Shown piece after piece: positions 11,805-24,871 of a stretch of 64,000 nucleotides of DNA (positions are counted from its first letter, which is position 1; each line of letters begins with the position of its first letter). The DNA comes from Lytechinus pictus (taxonomy: Eukaryota). Both the position numbers and the translations under genes were made by a program. Below the pieces are notes generated by a model that worked only from the letters and a program-made list of their open reading frames with translations, was not told the DNA's origin and did no database searches. Where the stretch lies: positions 20,524,001 to 20,588,000 of the forward strand of contig NC_087252.1 of the NCBI RefSeq assembly GCF_037042905.1, written 5' to 3'.

Positions 11805-11805
<1 letters not shown>
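10899..11805. mobile_element. Tandem/nested MITE fragments with GAAGAG-type termini inside AT microsatellite
   Basis: gaagagtttagttgcaaaaggggttagatccac at 10899 recurs at 11623; inverted counterparts at ~11103-11130 and ~11590-11622. Confidence 0.6.
11139..11444 (-). mobile_element. tRNA-derived SINE (second family) with L2-type 3' tail
   Basis: Minus strand: A-box-like TGTAGCGG and B box GTTCGAATCCC, central CCCTTTGGCAAGGCG...CCCAGGTGCTAATTGGGTACCGG, tail AAGCGCTTTGA...AAGCGCTATATAAATG ending in (ATT)n. Confidence 0.85.
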
Positions 11806-11883
<78 letters not shown>

Positions 11884-11890
11884 CACACAC

Positions 11891-11979
<89 letters not shown>
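11806..11979. repeat. (AT)n microsatellite
   Basis: Direct reading. Confidence 0.98.
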
Positions 11980-11983
<4 letters not shown>

Positions 11984-12091
11984 AATCCGTATACCCCCTA
12001 TGAAAGATAATCAAAGAGCAGAACCCTTTCAAAAGAGACAAAAATAAAAAATAAACTCATTCAGAGAATGTATAAACCGTATATACACTAT

Positions 12092-12765
12092 ACAGTGCAT
12101 CCCACAAAAACGAAACCGAGATTTGGCGATGATTTACCATAAATTAATCATAAATACAATAGACAAATGACCTACCAATGTAAAGCTTAGAATCTCCTCT
12201 CTTTTATCTGAAAATTACTTAGATTTTTCCTCATCCGCGCATAAGTGAGCACAAACAATTTGAAGAAAGGATACGAAAAACTCATTTGGCGGGGAGAGGG
12301 GTGTCTGAATTTCAAAAAGAAAATCACGTGCCTAAAAAGTTCAATATCTGTTCTTTAATTTGATACCTTAATCACAGTAAATGGTCAGGAAGTAAAAAAA
12401 GTTATGTTCCCTCGAAACAATGCTTGTATTTCCATAATTTCATTAAATAAACATGTTTACGCTAGCCTGTAAAACCTCTTCATTTTATGAAATTATCAAA
12501 ATTCAAGCCTTATTTGAAATAACCAGAGCTTTTATAAAAAAAATGTGTTGGGTTTTTTTATCCGGATACAGCCCGCCAAGTGACTTTTTGGTATCCCCTC
12601 TTCAATTTTTTTTTTATCACTTATGCGTAAATGAGAAGTAATCTAAGTAATTTTGGATAAAAAGGTAAGATTCTAAGCTTTACAATGGTAGGCCATTTGT
12701 CTATTTTATTTGTGATTAAATTAGGATAAATCATGGATAAATCTCGGTTTCGTTTTTCGCACTTT
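12092..12765. mobile_element. Tc1/mariner-type MITE (inverted paralogue 21169-22595)
   Basis: TA|CAGTGCATCCCACAAAAACGAAACCGAGATTT with long inverted ends (aaatctcggtttcgtttt at ~12740). Confidence 0.8.
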
Positions 12766-14240
12766 GTAAAGACCCCTAAAAAAGTTTTTTTGTTTTAAAT
12801 CATATTTTATTTCTTCCTCATATCACATGTAAAAAAACAAATATAACATGACATCATTAACATAATTGTTTCAAGTTTACGCTTAAACCTTTTAACATAG
12901 TAAGAAAAGGAATATATATGAATTTCAAATGTAAACTTATAATAACGAAGAGGATTAATACAGAACAGAATCCGGGTACAACATATCTGACTTTGGAAAT
13001 CTGACTTTGATCGGTAATCCCTCCTCAGTTTTAATGAATATTAATGTGTGATTGATATCAATGGGTAGATCATTTAATCTTCTTTAAAATTATAACCTAC
13101 ATGATATGATTATGGTTCACATGGAGGTGCAGTGCATTGGAATGTGGGGGCAAGGTCAAAATTCAAAAGATGCAAAATGACACAATATTGAAGTCACTGT
13201 TCTTTTTTGGGGTGATGAGTGTGATTCATAGCGGTTTCTTTTATTTTCATGCTCCTGAACATCAACACTAAGATGGAGATCTGTGAGATAAGATGGTGTG
13301 AGTCGTGATTTTAAATACCCATGAATGTTTGTTTGTTTGTAATGTGTTTGCTTGTGGAGATGTGTATTTGATTGTTAAAAAAAATATTAAGAGCGAGGGG
13401 GGATCTTTCCTCCTGCTTGGTTTCATTTATAATGGAATGTATAGCTATAATGATGATGATTACGATAACGACATGAAAGTGGATGATAATCACACCTACT
13501 GTTAGTCTATGTCCTTACATTGTATTAGAAAAATATACATTTGCACCCTGAAACTAAAGGAGGAGAGGGAGGGGGGAATTGTTCTCAAAATCCCCAACCA
13601 AGACATTTTCGGGGATGCAGTATACTTCCATCATCACTGATTAATATTCCCAAGACTACTACCATCAACCAACGTAATTACCACTTTAACAAAATGAACT
13701 GGTAAGAGGCGAGAAAAAATAATTTGATGTTGTTTGGATCCGAAATACAAACAGGCAGCAATTGACTTGAATACAATTTTTTTATGAATTGCAAAATTGG
13801 CGTTGCCTTGCATTAACCAAATAAGAACATTATGTTCATCTCTATGGGCAAACACTGTACATGGTATCATTCGGGGATTTCCATTGCTCCCTCATTGTGT
13901 TATCATTACTACATGTTCGTCATGATCGTCTGATAGTAATACCCAAACGAAAAAAAAATCTAGACCGTCCCGACCTTTCGTTGGAGAACGCGAACGCTTA
14001 TTTGCGACGGTAGTTGATTTTGGAAGAGACTTTTGGGCCCGTAATCATGGTCGTAAAACTCTGTCCTGCAATGCAAATTGTGTGACTTGAGATTTTTTTT
14101 TCGTTTCGCATCTGGAACGGAAACATTCAATTTGCGTTTCTTGTGCAAAATTCTGGTTGCTACTATAGTAACAGCGATATATCCGATTTAGGACGACTTT
14201 CCAAAGCCACATTTGGTTCCTCCCATAGCTCGAGATGCCG

Positions 14241-14544
14241 CCCGGGGGGCCAACTTCCATTGAAGAGTGGATACCAGGCGTGACCACGCGTAAAAAGGGA
14301 AAGAGTGGGCAAGTACGTTACGTATAGGCCTATGTAACGTTATAAGGGTGTTAAAAACGATGTTTCAAATACTGAAAAAGGAGGATATGTTTTCCATTCT
14401 TGTATAGGGTTTCACAAGCTAAATACTAGTTAAGAGATGCATTTTCATAATCTGGAAAAGCCTTGCTTCCCTTGTTTAGGGTGCTTTTCGAAAATGCATG
14501 GTCGTGCCTGGTATCTACTCATCAATGGAAGTGGTCCCCCCGAG
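14241..14544. mobile_element. MITE with CCCGGGGGG termini
   Basis: cccggggggccaacttccattgaagagtggataccagg ... cctggtatctactcatcaatggaagtggtccccccgag inverted ends. Confidence 0.8.
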
Positions 14545-15007
14545 AATTCGAATCTAATCCCCCATTTCTGGGGGAAAGTAAAGCATAATGCCCATTACAT
14601 TGTGTGCTAGAGGCATATCGTTTGTGTAGGAGTAAACAAAAGAAAAAAAAACCCGCACTTATACATGCTGTGTACATAATCAACGCATGCGAAATGGTTT
14701 CCGCTGGAGAGGTGATTTGACCCATGGAATCGATTGCCAGAGATCCACCAATAATCCACATTAAATGCAATATCGATTCGATGGACTGTAATGATCTATA
14801 TCTAAGCCTTAATTCAGTAACTTTTTCCTCACTCAATATGTACTCGATTTGTTTGAAAAAAAAACACTTTCTTATCCACGTCATAATCTATTTTAGGTCC
14901 TGCATTTCGAATAACTCCAGCCATCAGTCGTAATGATCATGCATGTATGGTGCGGGTGTCGCGGGAAAGAATTGTGCACATGAAAAGCAGATATGTAGGG
15001 CCTGTAA

Positions 15008-15140
15008 CCCCCCTGTAACACAAAGCTTAGCATTGATTGTAGAGCAGTTTTCTACGTTTGATTCTATTGACTATAATGTACACTCAATCTTAAAAATCAA
15101 GTGTATGATTTAGCGTTAACTTTTGTGTGTTAGGGGACCC
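15008..15140. mobile_element. Short palindromic MITE (second copy at 41957-42087)
   Basis: gtaacacaaa(g/a)cttagc...gctaa(c/t)...ttgtgt(g)tta inverted ends with a shared internal sequence. Confidence 0.7.
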
Positions 15141-15459
15141 TAATATTAGCGTCCGTGAGGATGGCGAAAGGTGGCAAGTATTTCTCTTGGCCGGGAAGAG
15201 GTTCCTCTTCCAGTGAAATTGAAACAATAACTGGACCAGCTGCATTGATTAATGCATTTCATGATTGATCTATTGTACTGGTACCTTGATGTTCGTGAAG
15301 TTATTTGTCAGCTGTAGTCAATTGTATCTTAGTATTTCATTGCAGTTTTGTAAATGTAACTGGAAGATATTGAAAATGATTTAAACAAACATAAACAAAT
15401 TGTGTATTTTGTGTATCTTAGGGAGGTTTCATTGTGTTATCTGGGATTATGGTACTATC

Positions 15460-17008
15460 GGTTCGGTGTAAAAATGGCAGAGGTGAAAATGGCAGGGCTA
15501 AAAATGGCATAGGTAAAAATGGCAGAGGTATAAATGGGAAAGGTAAAAATGGCAGAGGTAAAAATGGCCCCTACATGGGCATAGATTTAATAAGAAAGTT
15601 TTGTCTCGTGAGAATAGAAATAAAATATCAGTGTTGGACTAATAGAAAGGATAACATTTTTTAATTCATAGAATAGATAATTCGTCTGCACCAAATTGCT
15701 AACCCTTGGGATGGTATTTTTTTTTCTTGTCTTACATGTTCAGGCTACTCATGTTAAATCACTCTACTAATATTCAAATTTGACGCACAAATCGGAAAGT
15801 TCACGCTGGCATAATGTTTATTGTAAAACTAGATGAAACAATAATAAAAAATTATTTTCCCATATATCGTGTGATGAAACAAAGAACAATGAAATTTCAT
15901 TTTCTTTAAAAAAAACGGTTTTCATTGTATCTTCAGTATATCAACAGACAAATCGTTTCACATCCGCTCCTGAAAGATTTTTTTAGCAATCATGAACTAT
16001 TAAAAAATTGAAAAGTAAACATTTTGTAGTGCGTAAAATATGGAGCAGGTGATCGTATTACGCCACAGATCAAAGACTATACTAGTAATAACTTTTTTCA
16101 TCTTTGATGGATTTACCTCAAACCTTAAGACCAATATATATCTTTTTGCTATTTTTTATCTATTCGTCAGGGCGAACTTCCCCTTAAAAAATGCAGGTGG
16201 ATAGAATGTTACATAAGAAACACCCATGAATTTTATTCGTTACACAACTCTAAATTCATACGGTAACCGTTACCATAGAAAATATAGTTTGGGAACAAGT
16301 TTGACATCTACTTGAACTAGCTGCAATGAGTAATTGCTCTAAATCATTGTATTGCTGTAATTGCATCATTTACATCAAACCATAGGTTAGGTATCATATC
16401 AACATATATTCATATCCATTATGTAGAAATAAAGGAAATTACTTTTATTACATAATATTTGTTATTTTCTGTTATCCAAGTTATGCAAGTGGTTCTAGGT
16501 TATGTCGAGATAAGTCTTTTCATCACTGAGTAATTGAAATCATTTTGGCAAGAAAATGATTGAATTTAATCATATCAACGATAAATTATAGACCTTATAC
16601 TGATGAAAATCACACAAATAATGTGTAATTAGTTCATATTGCTCATTTCTTTGACAAGAGTCCGTTCAAGGTCAAAAGTCTCTCTTTTCGTTGTTGATGT
16701 AGCATGTCATCTTTACCCCTGCTATTTTCTACATGTCCATACCTCTGCCATTATAACATCTGCCATTTTTATCTCTGCATTTTTACCCATGCCGTCTTTA
16801 CCTCTGCCAATTTAGTCTCTGCCATATTTCCCTCTTCCATTTTTACCTCTGCCATATTTACCTCTGCCATCATCACCTCTGCTATTTTTAGCTTTGCCAT
16901 TTTTTTTCTTTGCCATTTTTTTCTTTGCCATTTTTTTTTCTTTGCCATTTTTTTTTCTTTGTCATTATTACCTCTGTCATTATTACCTCTGCCATTTTTA
17001 CCTAGCAC
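15460..17008. mobile_element. Foldback-type element; TIRs built of 15-bp tandem units (GTAAAAATGGCAGAG)
   Basis: Direct array 15468-15568, inverted array ~16740-17002. Approximate 9-bp TSD ggtactatc/tgtactttc. The empty site is visible in the paralogous sequence at ~43411-43430. Confidence 0.85.
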
Positions 17009-17289
17009 TGTACTTTCAACAGCCTAACATGACTTAACGCATATTGGTGAATACATTGACGAAGTATAACTATTTCAAGATCAGTTAAATACTATCAAGT
17101 GTATGGGGCTACTCTGGTAAAAACAAAACAAAAAAATCATATTGTGTATACATATTCTGTGAAATCCCTATAATGTTTTAGACGTTATTTCTCCCAAAAC
17201 TGTCACATTTTTTCGAAGTAAATACTAGAATAGTATGAATATGCTTTTATAATGCTCATTTCAGGGACATATGACTCTTACTGCCGAAA

Positions 17290-17507
17290 ATGTCAAATTG
17301 TTCTTTAAAGCTTCATACAAGAGCTCTGGATCTCCACAAGTGAAGCGAGCAGAATAATCAAAAGGGAGGTATCGTGTATGGAGTAATATACATGTAAAAT
17401 AAAATAATAATGCAATGAATGCTTTGCAGACGAGTTGGCGCCGTACATGTAGTTGGTGGTTTTGTCAGAAGGGCAAACTCTGGGTCAATGCCACATTGAT
17501 TGTGAAT
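17290..17507 (+). repeat. Direct copy of 10469-10670
   Basis: aatgtca(c/a)attgttct(t)taaagcttcatacaag..ctctggatctccac..gtgaagcgagc... is shared. Confidence 0.85.
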
Positions 17508-18056
17508 GTATCGATCGCACCACTATCAAGCTGGGGAGAAGGTTTAGGGCATTGACCAACGAGAAGCATGAAAAATTCTAGAAAATACAAAAACAATTGT
17601 ACCGTCGTGTCCTTTGAGTTTTGGCAATGTTAATATGGTTTTCAAATTTCACAGTTGTTGGTTGGTTTAAAAAGAATGTGCAAATAATTGTACGAATATA
17701 GTGCTTTCATTCATTTAAAATACCATAAAATGGTGCTTGGAAATGAAATACTACTGACATGACTGCTCTGAATATGGCAGAAGTCAAGCCCCAAAATTGA
17801 TTATTTGGGTCGTCATATAGGGTACTTGGGTGACCAGTTTGCTTTTCCTTGCTCCTTTTCATTCTATTTTTAGGCTCTTCGACACTAATTGTACATGTGA
17901 AACTTTTTTATATACATCAAGAGAAAACAACGATGAAATCATATTTGAGATAAATCGGGCTGGTGCCAGCAGTGTTCCAAGCCCTTTCTGCAATTCTATT
18001 TTATCAAGAAAAATCCCTGGGCCACCTATCAATTGGTGACTGCTTCTTTTCTCACT

Positions 18057-18067
18057 CCCCCCCCCCC

Positions 18068-18109
<42 letters not shown>

Positions 18110-18165
18110 TCCTCCCTCTCTCCCTCTCTCACACTCTCTCTTTCTCTGACTCTCTTTCTCTCTCT
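18057..18165. repeat. Poly-C followed by (CT)n microsatellite (similar tract at 47809-47852)
   Basis: Direct reading. Confidence 0.95.
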
Positions 18166-19255
18166 TCTTGTTTAAGGGTTTTTGAATTAAACACAAAAAA
18201 ATCGTGAAAGATATGATTTATTACTAACAAGAGCAATTTTCATTTGATTCTTCCTCCATAAAAATGATTTTTTTTTCTCGCATAAAACTATAGTAGACCC
18301 CAGCATCATTTATTCCTAAATGAGAAACCAGCTTTATCAATAGATGGAAAGTTTCAAGCATTTCAAATTTACAGTTTCAAACGAACGATTATAAACCATA
18401 CCTCTTGATTTGTCTTCCTTTTATTGTGTCAGACACAAAATGAGGCATTTTTGCATTTATTTTGGTAAGCAGAGATTGCATCATTTCAAATTTAAATGTT
18501 TAAGATAGTCTTCCTATTGGAGATGATCACCGTTCCCGCCAACCCCCTCCATCAATATTTTGTAAAGTACACTTTCATTTCATTTTGTCTAGTGACATCA
18601 ACTTTTACAAACTGCAATGAAATAATTGTTATATACAAACATAAACTGTAAAACTGACACATATCTTTATAGGCCTATGCATCTAGGTACCGGTAAATCA
18701 CAGATAATTCATGAACATGAACATAATGTTTATAATTCAATAACTGGTTAATTTCTGCTTCCATTTAACTGAAAGAAAGTTTTAAAAACACAATGCAGTA
18801 TGTAAAAAAGGGGGAAGCCGGTATTATGACATATGCTCCGGTCAAAATTGTTCCAATGGGAAACCCTATTTAAATTAGGCCTATTCTTAGCAAAATAGTG
18901 CGTTGCAATCCTAACTCTAACAATATACCCAATAAGAAAGAGACAAATATCGCATGAATATTAGTCGCACATCCCACAATTTTTTTTTTTATTATCATTG
19001 ATTAATATCTTCCAGTAACATTTACAAAACAGCAATGAACTACTCATACAAATTACTACAGCTGACAAATAACTTCACAAACATCAAGGTCCAGTAAAAT
19101 AGATAATTGAAATGCATTGAATGAATGCAGCTGGTCCATTTATGGTTCAATATCACTGGAAGAGGAACCTTTGTCCTTCACCTTCCAGGCCAAGAAAAAT
19201 ACTGTCTAGATTTTTGTTTTCATTTGGGTATTATTATCAGACGATTATGACGAAC

Positions 19256-19781
19256 CGCATACATTCGTAATTCCGAAGCTTCGTTATTCCGAAGGTTCGG
19301 ATATTCCAAAGGTTCGTTATTCCGAAGGTTCGTATTTCCGAAGGTTCGTAATTCCGAAGGTTCGTTCATCCGAAAACGAAATAAAGTTCGTTGTTCTGAA
19401 GGTTCGTCAGTCCGAAAAGGAAGTGAGGTTCGTAATTCCGAAGGTTTGTTAATCCGAAAACGAAATGAGGTTCGAAATTCCGAAGGTTCGTTAGTCCAAA
19501 AACTAAATGATTAACGAACCTCATTTCGTATTCGGACTAACGAACCTTCGGAACAACGAACCTTATTTTGTTTTCGGATTAAAGAACCTTCGGAACAACG
19601 AACCTTATTTCGTTTTCGGATTAACGAACCTTATTTCGTTTTCAGATTATCGAACCTTCGGAATAACGCCACAAATGTTCGGATTAATGAACCCTTTTAC
19701 GTTTTCGGATTAACGAACATCGAGGTATAGGCAATTTACGTGTTTCGGAATTACGAACCTTCCGAATTACGAAGTGTAACA
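19256..19781. mobile_element. Foldback/MULE-like MITE of 16-bp units (TTCGTAATTCCGAAGG) in inverted arrays
   Basis: The array flips orientation at ~19510. Perfect 9-bp TSD atgacgaac at 19247-19255 and 19782-19790. Confidence 0.9.
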
Positions 19782-21285
19782 ATGACGAACATGTAAATTA
19801 TAACACAAAAAGGGAGCATTAAAAATCCCCGAATGATACCATGTACAGTGTAAAGAGGAAAATAATGTTCTTATTTGATTATTGTAAGGCAAGGACAATT
19901 TTGCAATTTATGAAAATTGTATTCAAGTCAAATAGACATCATTGCTTCCCGTTTGTATTGCGGATCCAAAGAACCATTCCAAAAGACAATATCAAATAAT
20001 TTTTATTCGCCTCTTATCAGTTTATTTCATGAAATGCATAAATTAATGCAGCTGGTCCATTTATGTTTCAATTTCACTGAAAGAGGTACCCCTGTTCTTC
20101 ACCTTCCCGGCCAAGAGAAATACTGTCTAGACCTCTTTCATTTGGGTATTATTATCAGACGATCATGACAAACATAATATAGCGATGATTAAACACAATG
20201 AAGACGAATTGAAAATCCCCGAATGGTACAATGTACAGTGTTTGCCCATAGAGAGGAAAATAATGTTCTTATTTGATTATTGTAAAGCAACACCAATTTT
20301 GCAATTCATGAAAATTGTATTCAAGTCAAATAGACATCATTGCTGCCTGTTTGTAATTCGGATCCAAACAACCATTCAAAAAGACAATATCAAACCATTT
20401 TTTTTTCGCCTCTTACCAGTTCATTTTGTTAAAGTGTTAATTACGTTGGTTGATGGTAGTAGTCTTGAGAATATTAATCAGTGATGATGGAAGTATACGG
20501 CATCCCCCCCCTAAATTTCCGGGTTGGGGATGTTGAAAACATTTACCACCCCCCCCCTCCTCTTTTTTTAATTTCAGGGTGCAATTGTAAATATATATAT
20601 TTTTATTCAATGGAATTCTTTTTAAGGACATAGACTAATAGTAAGCGTGATCATCATCCACTTTCATGTCGTTATCGTAATCATCATCATTATAGTTATA
20701 CATTATACATGAAATCAAACAGGAGGATAGATCCCCCACTCGCTCTTAATATCTTTTTACAATCAAATACCTCTGCACCTCTGCACAAGCAAACACATAA
20801 CAAACATACATTCATGGCTATTTAAAAACACGACTGAAACCATATCTCACGGCAGATCTCCGTGTTAATTTTTATGTTAAGGTGCATACAAAGATAAGAA
20901 ACCGCTGTGAAACACACTCATCACCACGGAAAAAAGAACAGTGACTTTAATATTGTATCATTTTGCAACTTTTGAATTTTGACCTTGCCCCAACATTTCA
21001 ATGCACTGCACCTCCATGTGAACCATAATCATATCATGTAGGGTATCATTTTAAAGAAAAATAAATGATATATTCATTGGTATCAATCACTCATTAGTAT
21101 TCACTAAAACCCAGGAGGGATTACCGATCAAAGTTAGATTTCCCAACTTTTTTTGAGGGGTCTATATACAGTGTGTCCCACAAAAAACGAAACCGAGATT
21201 TATCGATAATTTGTCATAACTTAATTACAAATGGAATAGACAAATGACCTACCAATGTAAAGCTATAATCTTCCGTTTCATCTGA

Positions 21286-21980
21286 TACCCCTTTCATATT
21301 GCGCCTTTCACCGGCGAACTTCACCGGCAAAGTTCGCCAGCGAAGGGGAAAGTGTCCAGTATGAAAGGTACACAGGAGAACTTCACCGGTGAACTTCGCC
21401 GGTGAACTTCGCCGGTGAACTTCTCCAACTCTAGGGGTTGAGAACTTCGCCGGCGAAACTGTTTCACCGGTGAAGTTCGCCGGTGAAAAGGCCAGTATGA
21501 AAGCAAACCGGAGAACTTCTCTTCTTTAATGACGTCAGAGGTCAATTTTTTTCTCTCCCAAAGTCCCCTGCACCAAGATTCCGCGCTCGATAGTTGCAAG
21601 CTCAGCTGAATGCTATGGCCGAGTAGATACCCTCGAACATTTTTTTTTTTTTTTACTAACAATATTTATTAAAAAGCACTTTTTACATGTATAAAATGCG
21701 CTAAGATATAAAAACAAGGTGATATTGTTTGTTTTTATCGTAATACTTCCAAAATATGTTGTAATTAATTTTTTTGATACCTTTTTGTAATAGGTAAGAA
21801 GTAATGTTTACAATTTTCTTTCGTTTGTTCTGCAATCGCCCGTTGACTTTCGCCGGGGAAGAAATGTCAGTGCGAAAGGGTACATTTTTTTCTTCGCCGG
21901 GGAAGTGAGGAATGCGAGGCGGAGAAGTTCGCCGGCGAACTTCGCCGGTGAAAAATGAAGAGGGCACTATGAAAGGGGTA
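21286..21980. mobile_element. PIF/Harbinger-like MITE nested in the Tc1-type MITE
   Basis: TIR TACCCCTTTCATA...TATGAAAGGGGTA, 3-bp TSD TGA, internal palindromic CCGGCGAACTTC/GAAGTTCGCCGG repeats; absent from the left-arm paralogue (~12208). Confidence 0.85.
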
Positions 21981-23905
21981 TGAAATTACTTAAATTATTT
22001 CTAATTCACGCATGAGTGAGCAAAACCAATTTGAAGAGGAATAGCAAAAAAATCACTTGGCGGGCTGTATCTGGGTTTCAAAAAGAAAGCCACATTTTAA
22101 AAAAAGTTCAATACCTGTTTTTTAATTTGGTACCTCAATTACAGAAAATGATGAAGAAATCAAAAGCTCAGGTGATTTGAAATAAGGCTTGAATTTTTAC
22201 AGGCTAGCGTTCAGACACTCCGTTTTGTCGACCAGCCATGCATTAAGCCTTTTGTTAACGGTGCGATAGCTTCTGTGGGAAACTGGTGAAACACAATTAT
22301 TTTAATGAAATTATGGAAGTAAAAGCATTTTTTCAAAGGAACATAACTTTTTATTTCCTGACCATTTTCTGTGATTAAGGTGTCAGATAAAAGAGCAGAT
22401 ATTGAACTTTTTAGGCAAGTTATTTTCTTTTTGAAATTCCGACACCACCGCCAAATGTGTTTTTTTTGGTATTCGTTCTTCAAATTGTTTTGGCTCACTC
22501 ATGCATGAATGAGGAACAATCTAAGTGAATTTAGATGAAAGAGGATATTCTAAGCTTTACATTGGTAGGTCATTCGTTTTTTGTGGGACGCACTGTATAG
22601 TGTATATACGGTTTATACATTCTCTTAACGTGTCTCCTCCTATCTCTCTATCTCTCTTCCTCTTTTAAAAGGGTTCTGCTCTGTCAGTGTCTTTCATAAG
22701 AAGTTTACGGATTACAGCGATAGGTATCAAATTATTTATTTCCACAATAATATAAAAACAATGCAAATATATAGAAAATGGGAAATGAACATAATTGAAA
22801 AGGAAAGGAAAGTGAACCAAGTAGGGCAGATAAATAAATATATATATATTTACAATATTGTATTAAATCACCTTGACTTTAGCTAAGCTAGTTTGATGAT
22901 ACACGCATGGTTATTTATATCTCCACCCAAGACTGCCTCTATTCATTCTGTTTCATTGCATTATATCAGACGATCATGACGAAGGTGTTAGCCATAGCAA
23001 ACTGAGGGCGCGCGGGTAAAAAAAAAAAACATGATACGAAGTATTAGTGCTTTTTTTTTTATATTGAGTCGTATTATAGGAGGAAGTTATTGGTGTTTTT
23101 TTCTTGTGGTCGATATATTGCAGTGCTCATTTTGCAAGAAATGAATAATTAAAAAAATAGCCATCATTGCCACTTTCGTGTATTTAGAAAGTATCCTTTA
23201 GAACTGACTTTAATAATTTATTTGTTCAATTTGTATATGTTCATTCTTTTAAAGTTATTTCCTTATCTTTATCTTATTTCCGGTTGACTTTATTGTTTAA
23301 TGGTAGTGGTATGTGCATGCTGCTTGCTGCAAAAAAAAAATTTGTGCTTCAAAGATCAATGCCTATTCTTTTCTAAAAAGAAATACTAACATGATAATAT
23401 AATAAGTTAATAATGGTAGAACAGTATTTTAAAAGGCTGTTTTGCGGAAAATACGGTATTCAGGCGCCATCATATGTCACGTTTATGGTCGGCTATAGTC
23501 AGGCATGTTCAGCCTGACCTCCTAATATTAAAAAGGAATAGATTTACGCAGTTTCCGATATGTTTAATTTCTTCTGCTTTGACGAAGCCGTTTCCCTCAC
23601 CCCAAGAAGAATGCAAATAGGGACTAGTTCTTTGCATTTAAAGCGATTTCACGTAACCGTTTGAATTTAATACTTACTTCCGACACGATATATTAAATAA
23701 ATATCATGAAGAATATGATTTTTGTTGGCTTTTTTCTATAAAATATGTAATTTGCCAATGATTTTAATCAGTTTGGCATTCAGTTCAATGGCAACTTGCA
23801 GTGAAAAAAGTGCAATGAACTCAAGCCTTGTTACCGCGTATGCTCGGAATTGGTTGTACGCGGGGAACTACAATGGTACATGGCTCAACAAACTTTTATA
23901 ATTAA

Positions 23906-24488
23906 AGGGAAATGAAACCCTTAGAACAAGAATGCTTGTATCAAAACATAAATATCAAAGAATAAGAACAAAAAAATTTGAGAAAAATCGGACAAATAAC
24001 GAGAAAGTTATGAGCATTTGAATATTGCAATCACTAATGCTTTGGTGATCCTCCTATTGGCAATGCGACAAGGATGTGTGATGTCACATGTGGACAACTT
24101 TCCCCTGATGGACTATAAAATACCCCCAAAATGTCTCTTTTTGCTTTTTCTAATGGTGATACAAACTCTTTATCCATGATGTATTCTTTAAAAATCTGTA
24201 TTACATGCCCTCCTATAGAAAGAAAACATGATCTACTGATAGATGTGATAAAAGAGGCAATTTAAGTGAATTATATACTAAAGTAATGGGGAGAGTTGTT
24301 CACAAGTGACATCAAACATCTTTGTCGCATTGCCAATTTGTTATCCCCATAGCATTAGTGATCGCAATATTCAAATGCTCATAACCTTTTTATTATTTGT
24401 CCGATTTTTTTTCAAACTTTTGTTGATCTGTTCCTTTGATTTTTCTGTTTTTACAAAAGCCATCTTGTTCCAAGGGTTTCATTCTCCT
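23906..24488. mobile_element. Kolobok/T2-type MITE, nearly palindromic
   Basis: TTAA|AGGGAAATGAAACCCTT...AAGGGTTTCATTCTCCT|TTAA with ~200-bp inverted arms. Confidence 0.9.
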
Positions 24489-24871
24489 TTAAGGTTCTTA
24501 CGGTTATCATAATCATATAAGCATAATTTTGTTTAACCATTATACTCTTAAAACACACATATATGCTGTATTTTCATAAGTAGATTTTGACAATACATGT
24601 ATAATGTATGATTGGAGTTTTACAGTAAACATACAGTTTCCTATTATACTACCCGTATAAATATTTATACATTTAACAAAATCTTTATACAGGAAAAGCA
24701 TGTTCAGATAATATATACACTGTTTCTCAACGTATTGATTAATTATTAACATATTATTGAATATGTGAGATATGTCTTATCATTTCATAACACATTGACA
24801 TATATATATTACGAAAATCTCCAGTGGAAAGAGGTTTCAATATTTGTATGGTTGATATGTATTTTTTCAAA

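Larger units (their letters stand above)
10672..15375 (+). repeat. Left arm of a large, diverged inverted duplication (partner 19005-23229)
   Basis: Reverse-complement matches in nested order: 10672-10840/23045-23229, 11981-12765/21168-22716, 12995-13960/20140-21145, 15170-15375/19005-19205. Confidence 0.9.
19005..23229 (-). repeat. Right arm of the large inverted duplication
   Basis: See left arm. It also carries an internal tandem duplication (19110-20020 vs 20025-20420). Confidence 0.9.

Noticed and set aside
15434..17027. ORFs with GKNGR/KMAEV pentapeptide repeats
   Set aside because: Translations of the 15-bp TIR units of a foldback element.
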